Positions 9,169-17,611 of a stretch of DNA of 48,018 bases are shown in pieces (the first letter of the stretch is position 1; each line of letters begins with the position of its first letter). The stretch comes from an uncultured Rickettsiales bacterium (GTDB lineage: Bacteria > Pseudomonadota > Alphaproteobacteria > Rickettsiales > SXRF01), in NCBI GenBank assembly GCA_964409675.1, contig CAYPEF010000003.1:1-48018 (forward strand). Reading direction: 5' to 3'. The notes beneath the pieces were generated by a model. The model did no database searches, was not told the origin of the DNA, and saw only the letters and a list, made by a program, of their open reading frames with translations. The translations under genes and the position numbers were made by a program.

Positions 9169-10266
9169 TTAATTGACGAGGCTCAGGCGCACCTTGCGCT
9201 CCACCGGATCGGCGCGCGGCTCGGGCGTTTTGAGGTGGTAGAAATCGCGCCGTGTGAGCGAGGTCTGCGAATAACCGTGGCGGTCGAAGAAGACGATGCT
9301 GGAGCCCTGCGTTTCAAACGAAAACGGCACCCAGAGCAGGTCTTCCAGCGCCTGCATGATGCGCAAATGCTGCTCCGGCTTGGCGAAAAACAGCATGAAC
9401 CCGCCGCCGCCCGCCCCCAGCAGCTTGCCGCCGATGGCCCCGGCCTTGCGCGCGCGGGCATAAATATCGTCCACGAAATCCGGCGCGATACTGGCCGAGA
9501 GCGAGCGTTTCAGCTGCCACGTTTCATGCAGCATGCGCCCGAATTCGCAGATATCGCCCCGGGCGGTCACGCAGCCAACCGCCTCGTCCACCAGCTCGCG
9601 CATGGCATTAAGTTCCATCTTCTTGTCGCCGCGCGCCTGGCTTTGCATCTGGTCTTTAGCAATATTGGAGGCGGTGCGCGACACGCCGGTGAAAAACAGC
9701 AGGAAATGGCTCTGCAATTCCTCCAGCCGTTCCGGCGGCACAATCACCGGCTCGACGCAGAAATCGCCGTCCCGCTTGATGGTGACGCGGTTGAAACCAC
9801 CGAACGCCGTGCCGATCTGGTCCTGCACGCCGACATTCTCGCGCAGCACGTCGCGCTCGATATGCACCGCTTCGCAGGCCAGTTCGCGCTTGTTGCTCAT
9901 GCGCCCCTGCAGCGCATTGACCGCATTGAGCAGCCCCACGGTAAAGGCCGAGCTGGAGCCAAGGCCCGAGCGCGCTGGCAAATCGCCGCTATGGAGAATT
10001 TCCATGCCGTTATCGATATTCAGATGCTGCAGCACCGCCCGCACCGCCGGATGCTCGATTTCGGCATTGTCATGCACCTGCTCGATGCGCGACCAGACGA
10101 TACGCGAGCGCTCCTCGAAAAAGGGTGGCAGGTAGCGACAGGTGATATAGCAGTAATGGTTGATCGAGGTGGAAAGCACGCTGCCCCCGTGCTCTTGGTA
10201 CCAGGTATGGTAATCAGTGCCGCCGCCGAAAAATGAAACACGGTAGGGGGTACGGCTGATGATCAT
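9169..10266 (-). CDS. hddA: GHMP sugar kinase, D-glycero-alpha-D-manno-heptose 7-phosphate kinase type
   Basis: N-terminus SRTPYRVSFFGGGTDY typical of HddA-type kinases. GHMP motif PARSGLGSSSAF. Adjacent to gmhB. Confidence 0.8.
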   Translation of the reverse strand: MIISRTPYRVSFFGGGTDYHTWYQEHGGSVLSTSINHYCYITCRYLPPFFEERSRIVWSRIEQVHDNAEIEHPAVRAVLQHLNIDNGMEILHSGDLPARSGLGSSSAFTVGLLNAVNALQGRMSNKRELACEAVHIERDVLRENVGVQDQIGTAFGGFNRVTIKRDGDFCVEPVIVPPERLEELQSHFLLFFTGVSRTASNIAKDQMQSQARGDKKMELNAMRELVDEAVGCVTARGDICEFGRMLHETWQLKRSLSASIAPDFVDDIYARARKAGAIGGKLLGAGGGGFMLFFAKPEQHLRIMQALEDLLWVPFSFETQGSSIVFFDRHGYSQTSLTRRDFYHLKTPEPRADPVERKVRLSLVN

Positions 10267-11204
10267 GCGGTTTTCCTTGCTTCCTCGGTGAAATGATACG
10301 CATACATGCGGCCGAGACCTTCTTCCAGCGAAATCACCGGTTTCCAGCCAAGCGAAAACAGCTTGCCGGAATCCAGCATCTTGCGCGGCGCGCCATCAGG
10401 CTTTTCGGTATCGAGCGAGATGTTGCCGCGATAGCCGACGGTTTTCGCCACCAGCTTCGCCAATTCGCCAATGGTAATCTCCTGCATGGAGCCGACATTG
10501 ATGATTCCGGGATCATCGTAGCGCTCCATCAGGAACAGCAGCGCATCCGCCAGGTCATCGACATAGATAAACTCGCGCAGCGGCGTGCCGCTGCCCCAGA
10601 TCACCTCCTCCGGCGAAAGGGCGAGCTTCGCCGCGTGGAAGCGCTTCATCAGCGCCGGGATCACGTGGCTGGCGGCAGGGTCAAAATTATCATTGATGCC
10701 GTAGGTATTGGTCGGCATCGGCACCACCACCTGCATGCCATATTCGCGCGCATAGGACTGCGCCATGGTAATGCCGTTAATCTTGGCGGCGGCGTAGGCG
10801 ATATTGGTCGGCTCGATATAGCCGTTCAGGAATTCTGCTTCCGCCACCGGCTGCGGCGCGAGCTTGGGATAAGTGCAGGCGGAGCCGGGAAAGAGCAGCT
10901 TCCGCACGCCCGCCTTACGCGCCGCATCCATCACGTTCAGGTGCATTGCCGTATTGTCATAGATAAACTGGCCGGGGTACGTGCTGTTGGCGTGAATGCC
11001 CCCCACCCGCGCCGCCAGGTGGAATACATAGTCCGGCTTTTGTGCAGCCATGTAAGCATTCACCGCAGCCTGATCGCGCAATTCCAGCTCGGCATGCGCG
11101 GGCGCAAGAACCCGGCTAAACCCGCGCTCCGCCAGCAGGCGGCGCAAGGCGGAGCCGACCATCCCTGACGCGCCAGTGATGAGAATGGAATCGTTTTTCT
11201 GCAT
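10263..11204 (-). CDS. GDP-L-fucose synthase family 3,5-epimerase/4-reductase (Fcl/ColC-like)
   Basis: ILITGASGMVGSAL Rossmann motif, YAAAK catalytic dyad, PTNTYGINDNF. Start trimmed to MQKNDS (11204); the ORF-track extension to 11384 runs into the divergent spacer. Confidence 0.75.
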   Translation of the reverse strand: MQKNDSILITGASGMVGSALRRLLAERGFSRVLAPAHAELELRDQAAVNAYMAAQKPDYVFHLAARVGGIHANSTYPGQFIYDNTAMHLNVMDAARKAGVRKLLFPGSACTYPKLAPQPVAEAEFLNGYIEPTNIAYAAAKINGITMAQSYAREYGMQVVVPMPTNTYGINDNFDPAASHVIPALMKRFHAAKLALSPEEVIWGSGTPLREFIYVDDLADALLFLMERYDDPGIINVGSMQEITIGELAKLVAKTVGYRGNISLDTEKPDGAPRKMLDSGKLFSLGWKPVISLEEGLGRMYAYHFTEEARKTA

Positions 11205-11269
11205 GACGCGGTGAAAAAACCCCTTGTTTTTCTCTGATTTTGCCGATTTGTTAACCGGTAACGAATGCA

Positions 11270-12364
11270 TTGAGGTATAGCATGGAAGCCAAACGGGAGC
11301 AAACCATTCTAAATCACGCGCAAGCGATTGTTTTAGAAGCATCAAAGATTGCCTTGCGCGAGCGCGCCAAGCCGGAGCTTGCATGCACCGAAGAAAAACT
11401 GCTGGAGCAGCTTAATCTGCGCTCGGGAAGCAAGGAAGACCCGGTCACGCCCGATGCATTCCTGACCGCGAAAAAACCCGCCGACAACAGCACTGTCACC
11501 AGCGCCGATATACTGGCGCAGGACTATATGCAGAAAGAACTGCATAAAATAGTGCCGGAAGCCGCTTTCACCGGTGAGGAAAAAGGCGGCGATGCCGGCG
11601 CGGAAGCTTCCTTGCGCTGGGTAGCCGACCCGGTGGACGGCACCGGTAATTTCCTGCGCGGCAAATACCCGGAGCAGAATCCTAACCCTGAGCGCCGCCG
11701 CTTCGGCCACCTGCTGGCGCTGGAGGAAGCAGGCAATCCCGTGATCGCCGTCATGTTCTGCCCCGAGCCGGACGCGAGCGCCAAGCATTTGAACGGCACG
11801 CTCTACGTCGCCACCGCCCATACCCTCACCCGCATTATCCCGGTGCGCGAGGGGGAGATGAAAACGCAGGAAGCGGTTGAAGCGCAGCCCCTTCCCCGCC
11901 CTGCCGCACCACAAACGTTTTCATACGGGACCTTCGACCCCGCCCTGCTCGGCCCGAAACACGGCCAGCCGGATACTGCGCGGCAGGCGCTCACTACTGC
12001 CGCTGCCGAGCACGGAATGCAGGGGCGGGAGATGTTCTGCTTCGCCGCCGGGGCGGAAGACGTGCTGACCGGGCGCGGCGTATGCGCCAACGGCGTTAAT
12101 TGCGAGTGGGATTCCGCCGCACCGGCGCTGCTGTTTCAGCAAGCGGGTATACCCTTTGCCGAATACGCCAACGGCACCGGGCCGGACGGCAGCGCGCGCT
12201 TCGCCATGATCGCCGCGCCGGATACCACTTCTTTTGCCGCTGTAAACGATGCATATAATGCGCAGTTTGCCGGACGCACCGACGCGCCACCGTTGCTGCG
12301 CTTCGCCCATACCACGCCGCCCTGCGCCGCGCCCGCCTCCGCTGCCGCAGGCAGAAGTCGATAA
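11270..12364 (+). CDS. Inositol-monophosphatase / CysQ (PAP phosphatase) superfamily protein
   Basis: Metal-site motifs FTGEEKGG, WVADPVDGTGNF and CEWDSAAPALLFQQAG (WDxAAG). Longer than typical family members. Confidence 0.6.
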   Translation: MRYSMEAKREQTILNHAQAIVLEASKIALRERAKPELACTEEKLLEQLNLRSGSKEDPVTPDAFLTAKKPADNSTVTSADILAQDYMQKELHKIVPEAAFTGEEKGGDAGAEASLRWVADPVDGTGNFLRGKYPEQNPNPERRRFGHLLALEEAGNPVIAVMFCPEPDASAKHLNGTLYVATAHTLTRIIPVREGEMKTQEAVEAQPLPRPAAPQTFSYGTFDPALLGPKHGQPDTARQALTTAAAEHGMQGREMFCFAAGAEDVLTGRGVCANGVNCEWDSAAPALLFQQAGIPFAEYANGTGPDGSARFAMIAAPDTTSFAAVNDAYNAQFAGRTDAPPLLRFAHTTPPCAAPASAAAGRSR

Positions 12365-12429
12365 ATGATTGCCGATGCCAGGCGCAGCCGCTATAAAAAG
12401 CGGTCCTTAACCCCAAGCTGAAAGCCCCT

Positions 12430-13398
12430 ATGCCGACCCCGGACATTGCCACCACCAAGCGCCTCTACCATTCCATGCAGCTCATCCGCCGCGTGGAGGA
12501 GCATATCTGCGAAGTCTATCACACCGACGCCATCAAAAGCCCGGTGCACCTCTCCATCGGCCAGGAATCGGTGGCCAGCGGCATCTGCGACGCCATGCAG
12601 GCCGACGACATGGTTTCCAACACCTACCGCTGCCACGCCACCTACATCGCCAAGGGCGGCGATTTGCGCCAGATGATGGCCGAGCTCTACGGCAAATCCG
12701 GCGGCTGCGCGGGCGGCAAGGCGGGCTCGATGCATTTGATCGACATGCCAAACGGCGTGATGGGCGCATCCGCTGTGGTCGGCACCACCGTGCCGGTAGC
12801 GGCGGGCTATGCGCAAGCGCTGCAGTGGGATGCCAAAAAAACCGGCAAGCAGCGCGCCGTAGTCGCCATCTGCGGCGATGGAGCCACCGAGGAAGGCGGC
12901 TACAGCGAAACGCTCAATTACGCCGCGCTGAAAAAACTCCCCATCCTGTTCGTGGTGGAAAATAACGGCTTCGCCATTCACACCCCCATCTTCCGCCGCC
13001 AGCCCAACTGGAATTTGCGCGCCCGCGTGGAAACCTACGGCATCCCCACCCAGTTTATCGATAACGGCGACGTCTTCACCATCCGCGAAGCCACCGCGCA
13101 GGCGCTCGCCCACATCCGTAACGGCGAAGGTCCGCAATTTTTAGAGTGCACCACCTACCGCTGGATGGAGCATGTCGGCCCTACCGACGACCACGACCAC
13201 GGCCCCTACCGCGATTTGAAGGAATACGCCCGCTGGAAGGAATCCGACCAGATCGCCAGACTCGCCAAAACCCTCGGCAAGGAAGCCGAAGCCATCAATT
13301 TGCAGGTAGAAGCCGAACTGCGCGACGCCGTGGATTTCGCCGAAGCCTCGCCCTACCCCTCTAATGCCGAACTGATGAGCCACGTCTATGCCGCATAA
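12430..13398 (+). CDS. ThDP-dependent 2-oxoacid dehydrogenase E1 component, alpha subunit-like
   Basis: E1_dh-type motifs: YRCHATYIAKG, GSMH, ICGDGATEEGGYSETLNYA (ThDP/Mg GDG-x-N motif), TYRWMEHVGPTDD. Confidence 0.85.
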   Translation: MPTPDIATTKRLYHSMQLIRRVEEHICEVYHTDAIKSPVHLSIGQESVASGICDAMQADDMVSNTYRCHATYIAKGGDLRQMMAELYGKSGGCAGGKAGSMHLIDMPNGVMGASAVVGTTVPVAAGYAQALQWDAKKTGKQRAVVAICGDGATEEGGYSETLNYAALKKLPILFVVENNGFAIHTPIFRRQPNWNLRARVETYGIPTQFIDNGDVFTIREATAQALAHIRNGEGPQFLECTTYRWMEHVGPTDDHDHGPYRDLKEYARWKESDQIARLAKTLGKEAEAINLQVEAELRDAVDFAEASPYPSNAELMSHVYAA

Positions 13399-14494
13399 CC
13401 TCGCCCTGAAAGAACGCGAACCCACCAAGGCCACGGATAACAAGCGCCTGATCCGCTACGTGGATGCCATTGCCGAGGCCTGCGCGCAGGCGATGGAAGA
13501 AGATGAGCGCGTATTCGTCTTCGGCCTTGACGTGGACGACCATAAATCCATCCAGGGCTCCACGGCGGGCCTCGTGGAGAAATTCGGGCCGGACCGCTGC
13601 TTCGGCACGCCGCTTTCGGAAGACGCGATGACCGGCATGGCCATCGGCGCGGCTATGGCAGGTTACCGCCCGGTGCATGTGCATATCCGCATGGATTTCA
13701 TGCTGCTGGCCATGAACCAATTGATCAATATCGCCGCCAAGGCGCATTACATGTATAATGGCCAGGTGCGCGTGCCTTTGGTGGTTCGCACCATGGTGGG
13801 CCGCTCCTGGGGTCAGGGCGCGCAGCATTCCCAGGCGCTGCATTCCATGTTCATGCATGTGCCGGGCCTTAAAGTGGTGGCCCCCTCCAACGCGCATGAT
13901 GCCAAGGGCTGCATGCTGGCCGCCATCCGCGATGATTCTCCCGTGATTTTCATGGAGCACCGCCTGCTCTGCAACATGCAGTCCTATGTGGACGAGGCAA
14001 TGTACGAAGTTCCCTTCGGCAAGGCGCGCGTGATGCATGAGGGCAAGGACGTCACCATCCTCGGCATCTCGCATATGGTGATTGAGGCCTTGCGCGCTTC
14101 GCATTACCTTGAAAAATCCGGCATCTCCGCCGAAGTGATCGACCCGATTTCCCTGCGCCCGCTGGATATGGATACCATCATTGCCTCCGTTAAAAAAACC
14201 GGCCGCTTATTGATCGTGGACAATGGCTGGCAGATGTGCGGCGCGGGCGCGGAGATCATGGCGCAGGTGTTCGAGCGGCTGCCGCAAGGCGTGAACGGCA
14301 AACCGGTCGCCATGAAGCGCATGGGCTTCGCCGATACGCCCTGCCCCACCACCAAGCCACTGGAAAACCTGTTTTACCCCAACGGCAAAACCATCGCCGA
14401 AGCCGCTTTCCGTCTGGTAGATCCAAATGGCAAGATCGACCTTCCTGCCGATCATGAGATCAAGGAAGTCGATGAATTCAAAGGGCCGTTTTAA
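13388..14494 (+). CDS. ThDP-dependent E1 component, beta subunit-like (transketolase pyrimidine-binding plus C-terminal domains)
   Basis: DERVFVFGLDV...KFGPDRCFGTPLSEDAMTGMAIGAAMAGYRPV... typical of E1 beta. 11-nt overlap with the alpha gene. Confidence 0.85.
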   Translation: MPHNLALKEREPTKATDNKRLIRYVDAIAEACAQAMEEDERVFVFGLDVDDHKSIQGSTAGLVEKFGPDRCFGTPLSEDAMTGMAIGAAMAGYRPVHVHIRMDFMLLAMNQLINIAAKAHYMYNGQVRVPLVVRTMVGRSWGQGAQHSQALHSMFMHVPGLKVVAPSNAHDAKGCMLAAIRDDSPVIFMEHRLLCNMQSYVDEAMYEVPFGKARVMHEGKDVTILGISHMVIEALRASHYLEKSGISAEVIDPISLRPLDMDTIIASVKKTGRLLIVDNGWQMCGAGAEIMAQVFERLPQGVNGKPVAMKRMGFADTPCPTTKPLENLFYPNGKTIAEAAFRLVDPNGKIDLPADHEIKEVDEFKGPF

Positions 14495-15216
14495 TGGCGC
14501 AGGCTGCCTCCCTCCTCTCCGCTGAAGACACGCTTCTCACCCAGTATGCGCGCGACGGCTATTGCATTCAGGAAAACGTGTTTTCCCCGCAGGAATGCGA
14601 TCATTTAATTGCGGCGGCGAAAGAATTGCCGGACTACCGGCAGGGCATCGTCAAGCCCGCCATGATGCCGCACCGCGTGGATGCCATCTTCCTGCACGCA
14701 CTGAAAAACCCCGCCATCGTCACCATGATGGAAAAGCTGGTGGGCGGCAAGGCAGCCGGCCTGCAAACCGAATTCTTCTACTGCAAGCCCGGCACGCGCG
14801 GCTTTTCCAACCATCAGGATAATTTCTTCGTGCAGGCCCCGTTCGGCGTGTTTGCCTCCGCGTGGATCGCGCTGACCGACACCTATAAGGAAAAAGGCGG
14901 CCTGATCGTCTATCCCGGCACACATGAAGAAGGCCTGCTGCCGGTGCGCCCGGTTGCCATAAGCAAGGATAGCGGCCAGGACCCCAATGCCAACAACGAA
15001 GAATGCGTCATCCCGCCTCGCTACCAGCCGCTGAACGCCTCCGTCCCCAAAGGCGCGGTGCTCTATATCCATGGCCACGTGGTGCACGGCTCCAACCCCA
15101 ACACCACCGATGAATGGCGCTACGTATTGCTCAATACCTACGTCAAAAAAGGCGAGCCCTTCCGCGCCGGTAAATATGCCCAGCGTGAAGAGGTGAATCT
15201 CTACCAATCCGCCTGA
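14494..15216 (+). CDS. Phytanoyl-CoA dioxygenase (PhyH) family Fe(II)/2-oxoglutarate oxygenase
   Basis: HxD motif in GFSNHQDNFF, distal His in IHGHVVHGSNPN. TAATG overlap with the E1 beta stop. Confidence 0.75.
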   Translation: MAQAASLLSAEDTLLTQYARDGYCIQENVFSPQECDHLIAAAKELPDYRQGIVKPAMMPHRVDAIFLHALKNPAIVTMMEKLVGGKAAGLQTEFFYCKPGTRGFSNHQDNFFVQAPFGVFASAWIALTDTYKEKGGLIVYPGTHEEGLLPVRPVAISKDSGQDPNANNEECVIPPRYQPLNASVPKGAVLYIHGHVVHGSNPNTTDEWRYVLLNTYVKKGEPFRAGKYAQREEVNLYQSA

Positions 15217-16496
15217 TGGCCTTACTCAAGCGCATTGCCCTAACCCTCCCCCCGCTTCAAAAGCTGCACAAGCAGCGCAACGGACTGCTGTTGGAACGTA
15301 ATGCGCTGCTGGCGGCGCAACATGAGCTGGAGCAGCGCATCCGGGTGCTGCATTTTCAGGCACAGCAGCAGGCGAATACGCTAAATACCTTGCAGGCTCA
15401 ACTCCAGAACGAAACCCTACTTCGGCAAGCATCTGAGGCAACCCTTCAGACGCAGGCCACCGCTTGCGCCGCGCTGGAGGCCCTGCTCGCTGAACGGGAT
15501 GCGCTGATTACCGAGCAGGAAGCAGCGCAGGCGCGTGCGGAAGCCGAAGCGCTGGCGGCAACGCCTTTTATACCAGCCTGTCTCACCAATCCCTGGTGTC
15601 AGCTTTTGGATAAAGCAGAGGAATGCACAACCCGCCCCGACACGCCGGACATCGCCTTTCTCTGCTCGCACGGGCGCACCGGAAACCGCTGGCTTGGGCG
15701 GGTGCTGAATCTGCATCCTGAGATGGTCTGCGGCGTTGGCCCGCTCATGCGCCCCTATGTTGAATATGACAGCTGTACCGATGACTCGGTAATATTTGAC
15801 CCTAATGAAATTGATATTGTCGAGCATTTCCAGGCGGCATCGGTAGACAAAATGCTAAGCACCCTCAAAGCCTACAAAACCGGCTACCGGTTTTACGTGC
15901 GCGCCCATGCCATCAACGCCTTTCAGCTCATGCTGAATATCCGCGAACAACCGCCAGGGGTGCGCGTCAGCATTGCCAATGTCATCCGCCACCCGGTGAC
16001 GCGTGCGCCGTCCTATGCGCGCGAATGGCTGCATACGGACGGCACCGACCTTCACGCCCATATGGAAACCCTATGGGAATCCGGCGAGCATTACCGCATC
16101 TGCGAAGATGAGATCCGCACCCGCTTCCCGGAGATTGACCTGAACACGCGGGAAAACCGGTATTTCATCATGGGCATATTCTGGCTGTGGAACGATTTGA
16201 GCGATTTCACCCTGCCCATCCGGCATTTCCGGTTTGAAGAGCTGACCGGGCATAACGAGCTGCTTTGCGGGTTCCTGACCCATTTGCTCGGCAAGGATTT
16301 TATCATCACCCCGGACTATATCGCCAAAATAAAAGCGGAGCGCCCGGCAAACTACCGCGCCGCGCCGAAGGCAGCGGTAGAAGTCTACGCTAACTGGCAG
16401 CCCTGGCAGAAATATTGCTTTCGCCGCTTTATGGAAGCGTATAATATCGATGCAGCTTTCCAGCCCTTCGGATATGATTTTTCCTTCATCGATTAG
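15216..16496 (+). CDS. N-terminal coiled-coil plus sulfotransferase-like domain protein
   Basis: aa ~15-115 are Leu/Gln/Ala/Glu-rich heptad-like sequence. aa 148-170, FLCSHGRTGNRWLGRVLNLHPEM, resembles the PAPS 5'-phosphosulfate loop (GxxRSGTTxL...HP). aa 257-267, IRHPVTRAPSY, resembles the 3'-phosphate motif (RxPxDxxxS). TGATG overlap with the PhyH stop. Confidence 0.55.
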   Translation: MALLKRIALTLPPLQKLHKQRNGLLLERNALLAAQHELEQRIRVLHFQAQQQANTLNTLQAQLQNETLLRQASEATLQTQATACAALEALLAERDALITEQEAAQARAEAEALAATPFIPACLTNPWCQLLDKAEECTTRPDTPDIAFLCSHGRTGNRWLGRVLNLHPEMVCGVGPLMRPYVEYDSCTDDSVIFDPNEIDIVEHFQAASVDKMLSTLKAYKTGYRFYVRAHAINAFQLMLNIREQPPGVRVSIANVIRHPVTRAPSYAREWLHTDGTDLHAHMETLWESGEHYRICEDEIRTRFPEIDLNTRENRYFIMGIFWLWNDLSDFTLPIRHFRFEELTGHNELLCGFLTHLLGKDFIITPDYIAKIKAERPANYRAAPKAAVEVYANWQPWQKYCFRRFMEAYNIDAAFQPFGYDFSFID

Positions 16497-16504
16497 GAGT
16501 CAGC

Positions 16505-17557
16505 ATGCGCAATATCAGCTATACTTCGCGGTTTACCCGCCTTCTTACCAAGCGCCGCGTGTTCAAGGATTCGCCGCTTTGCGTGCTGGATGTGGGTGCG
16601 CGCGGCGGCCCGCAATCGCACTGGCCGCTCTATGACCGGGACATTAACGTGATCGGTTTCGAGCCGCATGCCGAGGAATGCAAGCGCCTCAACGGCATCG
16701 CCTCCTCCTTCAACGTTCCCTTCACCTGCTACCCCGTGGGGCTGGGGCGTGAGGAATTCACCGCTCGGCTTTATGAATATCCGAACAAGGCCGCCAACAG
16801 CCTGATACCGCCGCAGGGCGTGGAAAACCCTGCCTATACCGACATTCACGTCACGCGCTTCGACCGTTTTGCCGCCCAGCACAATATCAGCAAAGTCGAT
16901 TTCGCCAAGCTTGACGTAGAGCGCCATGAAATGGAGGCGCTGGAAGGCATGGAAGCGTGGCTGGGTGGCGATAACCCGATCTTCGGCCTCGAAATCGAGG
17001 TGCATTTCAAGCCCGATGGCGATACGCCGCTCTTCTCCGATATTGAACTATACCTGCGCCGCCACGGCTACCGCGTGGCGGATCTTGATATATTCAAAGC
17101 TTCCAGCAACGCCATGCCTGCCCCGGTGGCATGGGACCACCGCAATCATTTGAACGAGCCGATCCTAGGCCCCACCACCACCGGGGAAATGATCCACGGA
17201 GATGCGCTGTTCTTCCTGGATTTAAGCCGTGTCAACCCCGAGTGGATGCGTGCAAAAGGGCCACTTTATATCCTCAAATGCGCCTCTTTGTTTGAAGTGT
17301 ACGGCCTGCCGGATTGCGCGGCGGAGCTATTGCTCCAATACAGCGGCGAGGTGGAGCAGGTGATATCGGTGGACGAAGCCCTGAACGCGCTAGTGCCGGA
17401 CCATTTTGGCCAGGGACTCACCTATCAGCAATATTTGAAGACTTATCAAGAGCGCGTCGGACGCCCGGTCACGCCGGAAGCACCAGCCGCTGCCAGCCAA
17501 ACGGGAGAAAAATCTTCCATTGCCAAAGTCTTTCGCCTGATTAAAGGCGCTGCCTAA
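16505..17557 (+). CDS. FkbM-family SAM-dependent methyltransferase
   Basis: VLDVGARGG SAM motif, DFAKLDVERHEMEALEG (FkbM KxDxEGxE motif). AGGAG SD 7 nt upstream. Confidence 0.75.
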   Translation: MRNISYTSRFTRLLTKRRVFKDSPLCVLDVGARGGPQSHWPLYDRDINVIGFEPHAEECKRLNGIASSFNVPFTCYPVGLGREEFTARLYEYPNKAANSLIPPQGVENPAYTDIHVTRFDRFAAQHNISKVDFAKLDVERHEMEALEGMEAWLGGDNPIFGLEIEVHFKPDGDTPLFSDIELYLRRHGYRVADLDIFKASSNAMPAPVAWDHRNHLNEPILGPTTTGEMIHGDALFFLDLSRVNPEWMRAKGPLYILKCASLFEVYGLPDCAAELLLQYSGEVEQVISVDEALNALVPDHFGQGLTYQQYLKTYQERVGRPVTPEAPAAASQTGEKSSIAKVFRLIKGAA

Positions 17558-17561
17558 GCAT

Positions 17562-17596
17562 AAAAAAAGCCCGCATCCTCCGATGCGGGCTTTTTT
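17562..17596. terminator. Bidirectional rho-independent terminator between convergent genes
   Basis: A7 run, 9-bp stem GCCCGCATC / GATGCGGGC, loop CTCC, then T6 run. Confidence 0.8.
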
Positions 17597-17611
17597 ATAA
17601 CTACAGATACA

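Noticed and set aside
9235-10236. Long antisense ORFs opposite clearly motif-bearing genes: 9235-10236, 10293-11168, 12391-13137, 13361-14104, 18462-19307, 29254-29991, 34560-35522, 41332-42366.
   Set aside because: They are rich in Arg/Ala/Gly/His, typical of shadow frames in GC-rich DNA. They carry no family motifs, and each lies fully inside a gene on the other strand that has strong conserved motifs.
10263-11384. N-terminal extensions in the ORF track: 10263-11384, 17612-18664, 19472-, 21322-, 27846-29210, 34575-35684, 36804-38327, 38192-39232, 40173-, 41311-42621.
   Set aside because: The extensions overlap upstream genes or spacers and precede the Rossmann or family N-termini. Internal starts give short overlaps or SD sequences, so the coordinates were trimmed. 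Trimmed starts remain predictions.
12430-14494. Interpreting E1 alpha/beta as the cell's pyruvate, branched-chain or acetoin dehydrogenase.
   Set aside because: No E2 or E3 genes are adjacent. The genes are translationally coupled to glycan-tailoring genes in the middle of a polysaccharide locus. This is not excluded without a phylogeny.
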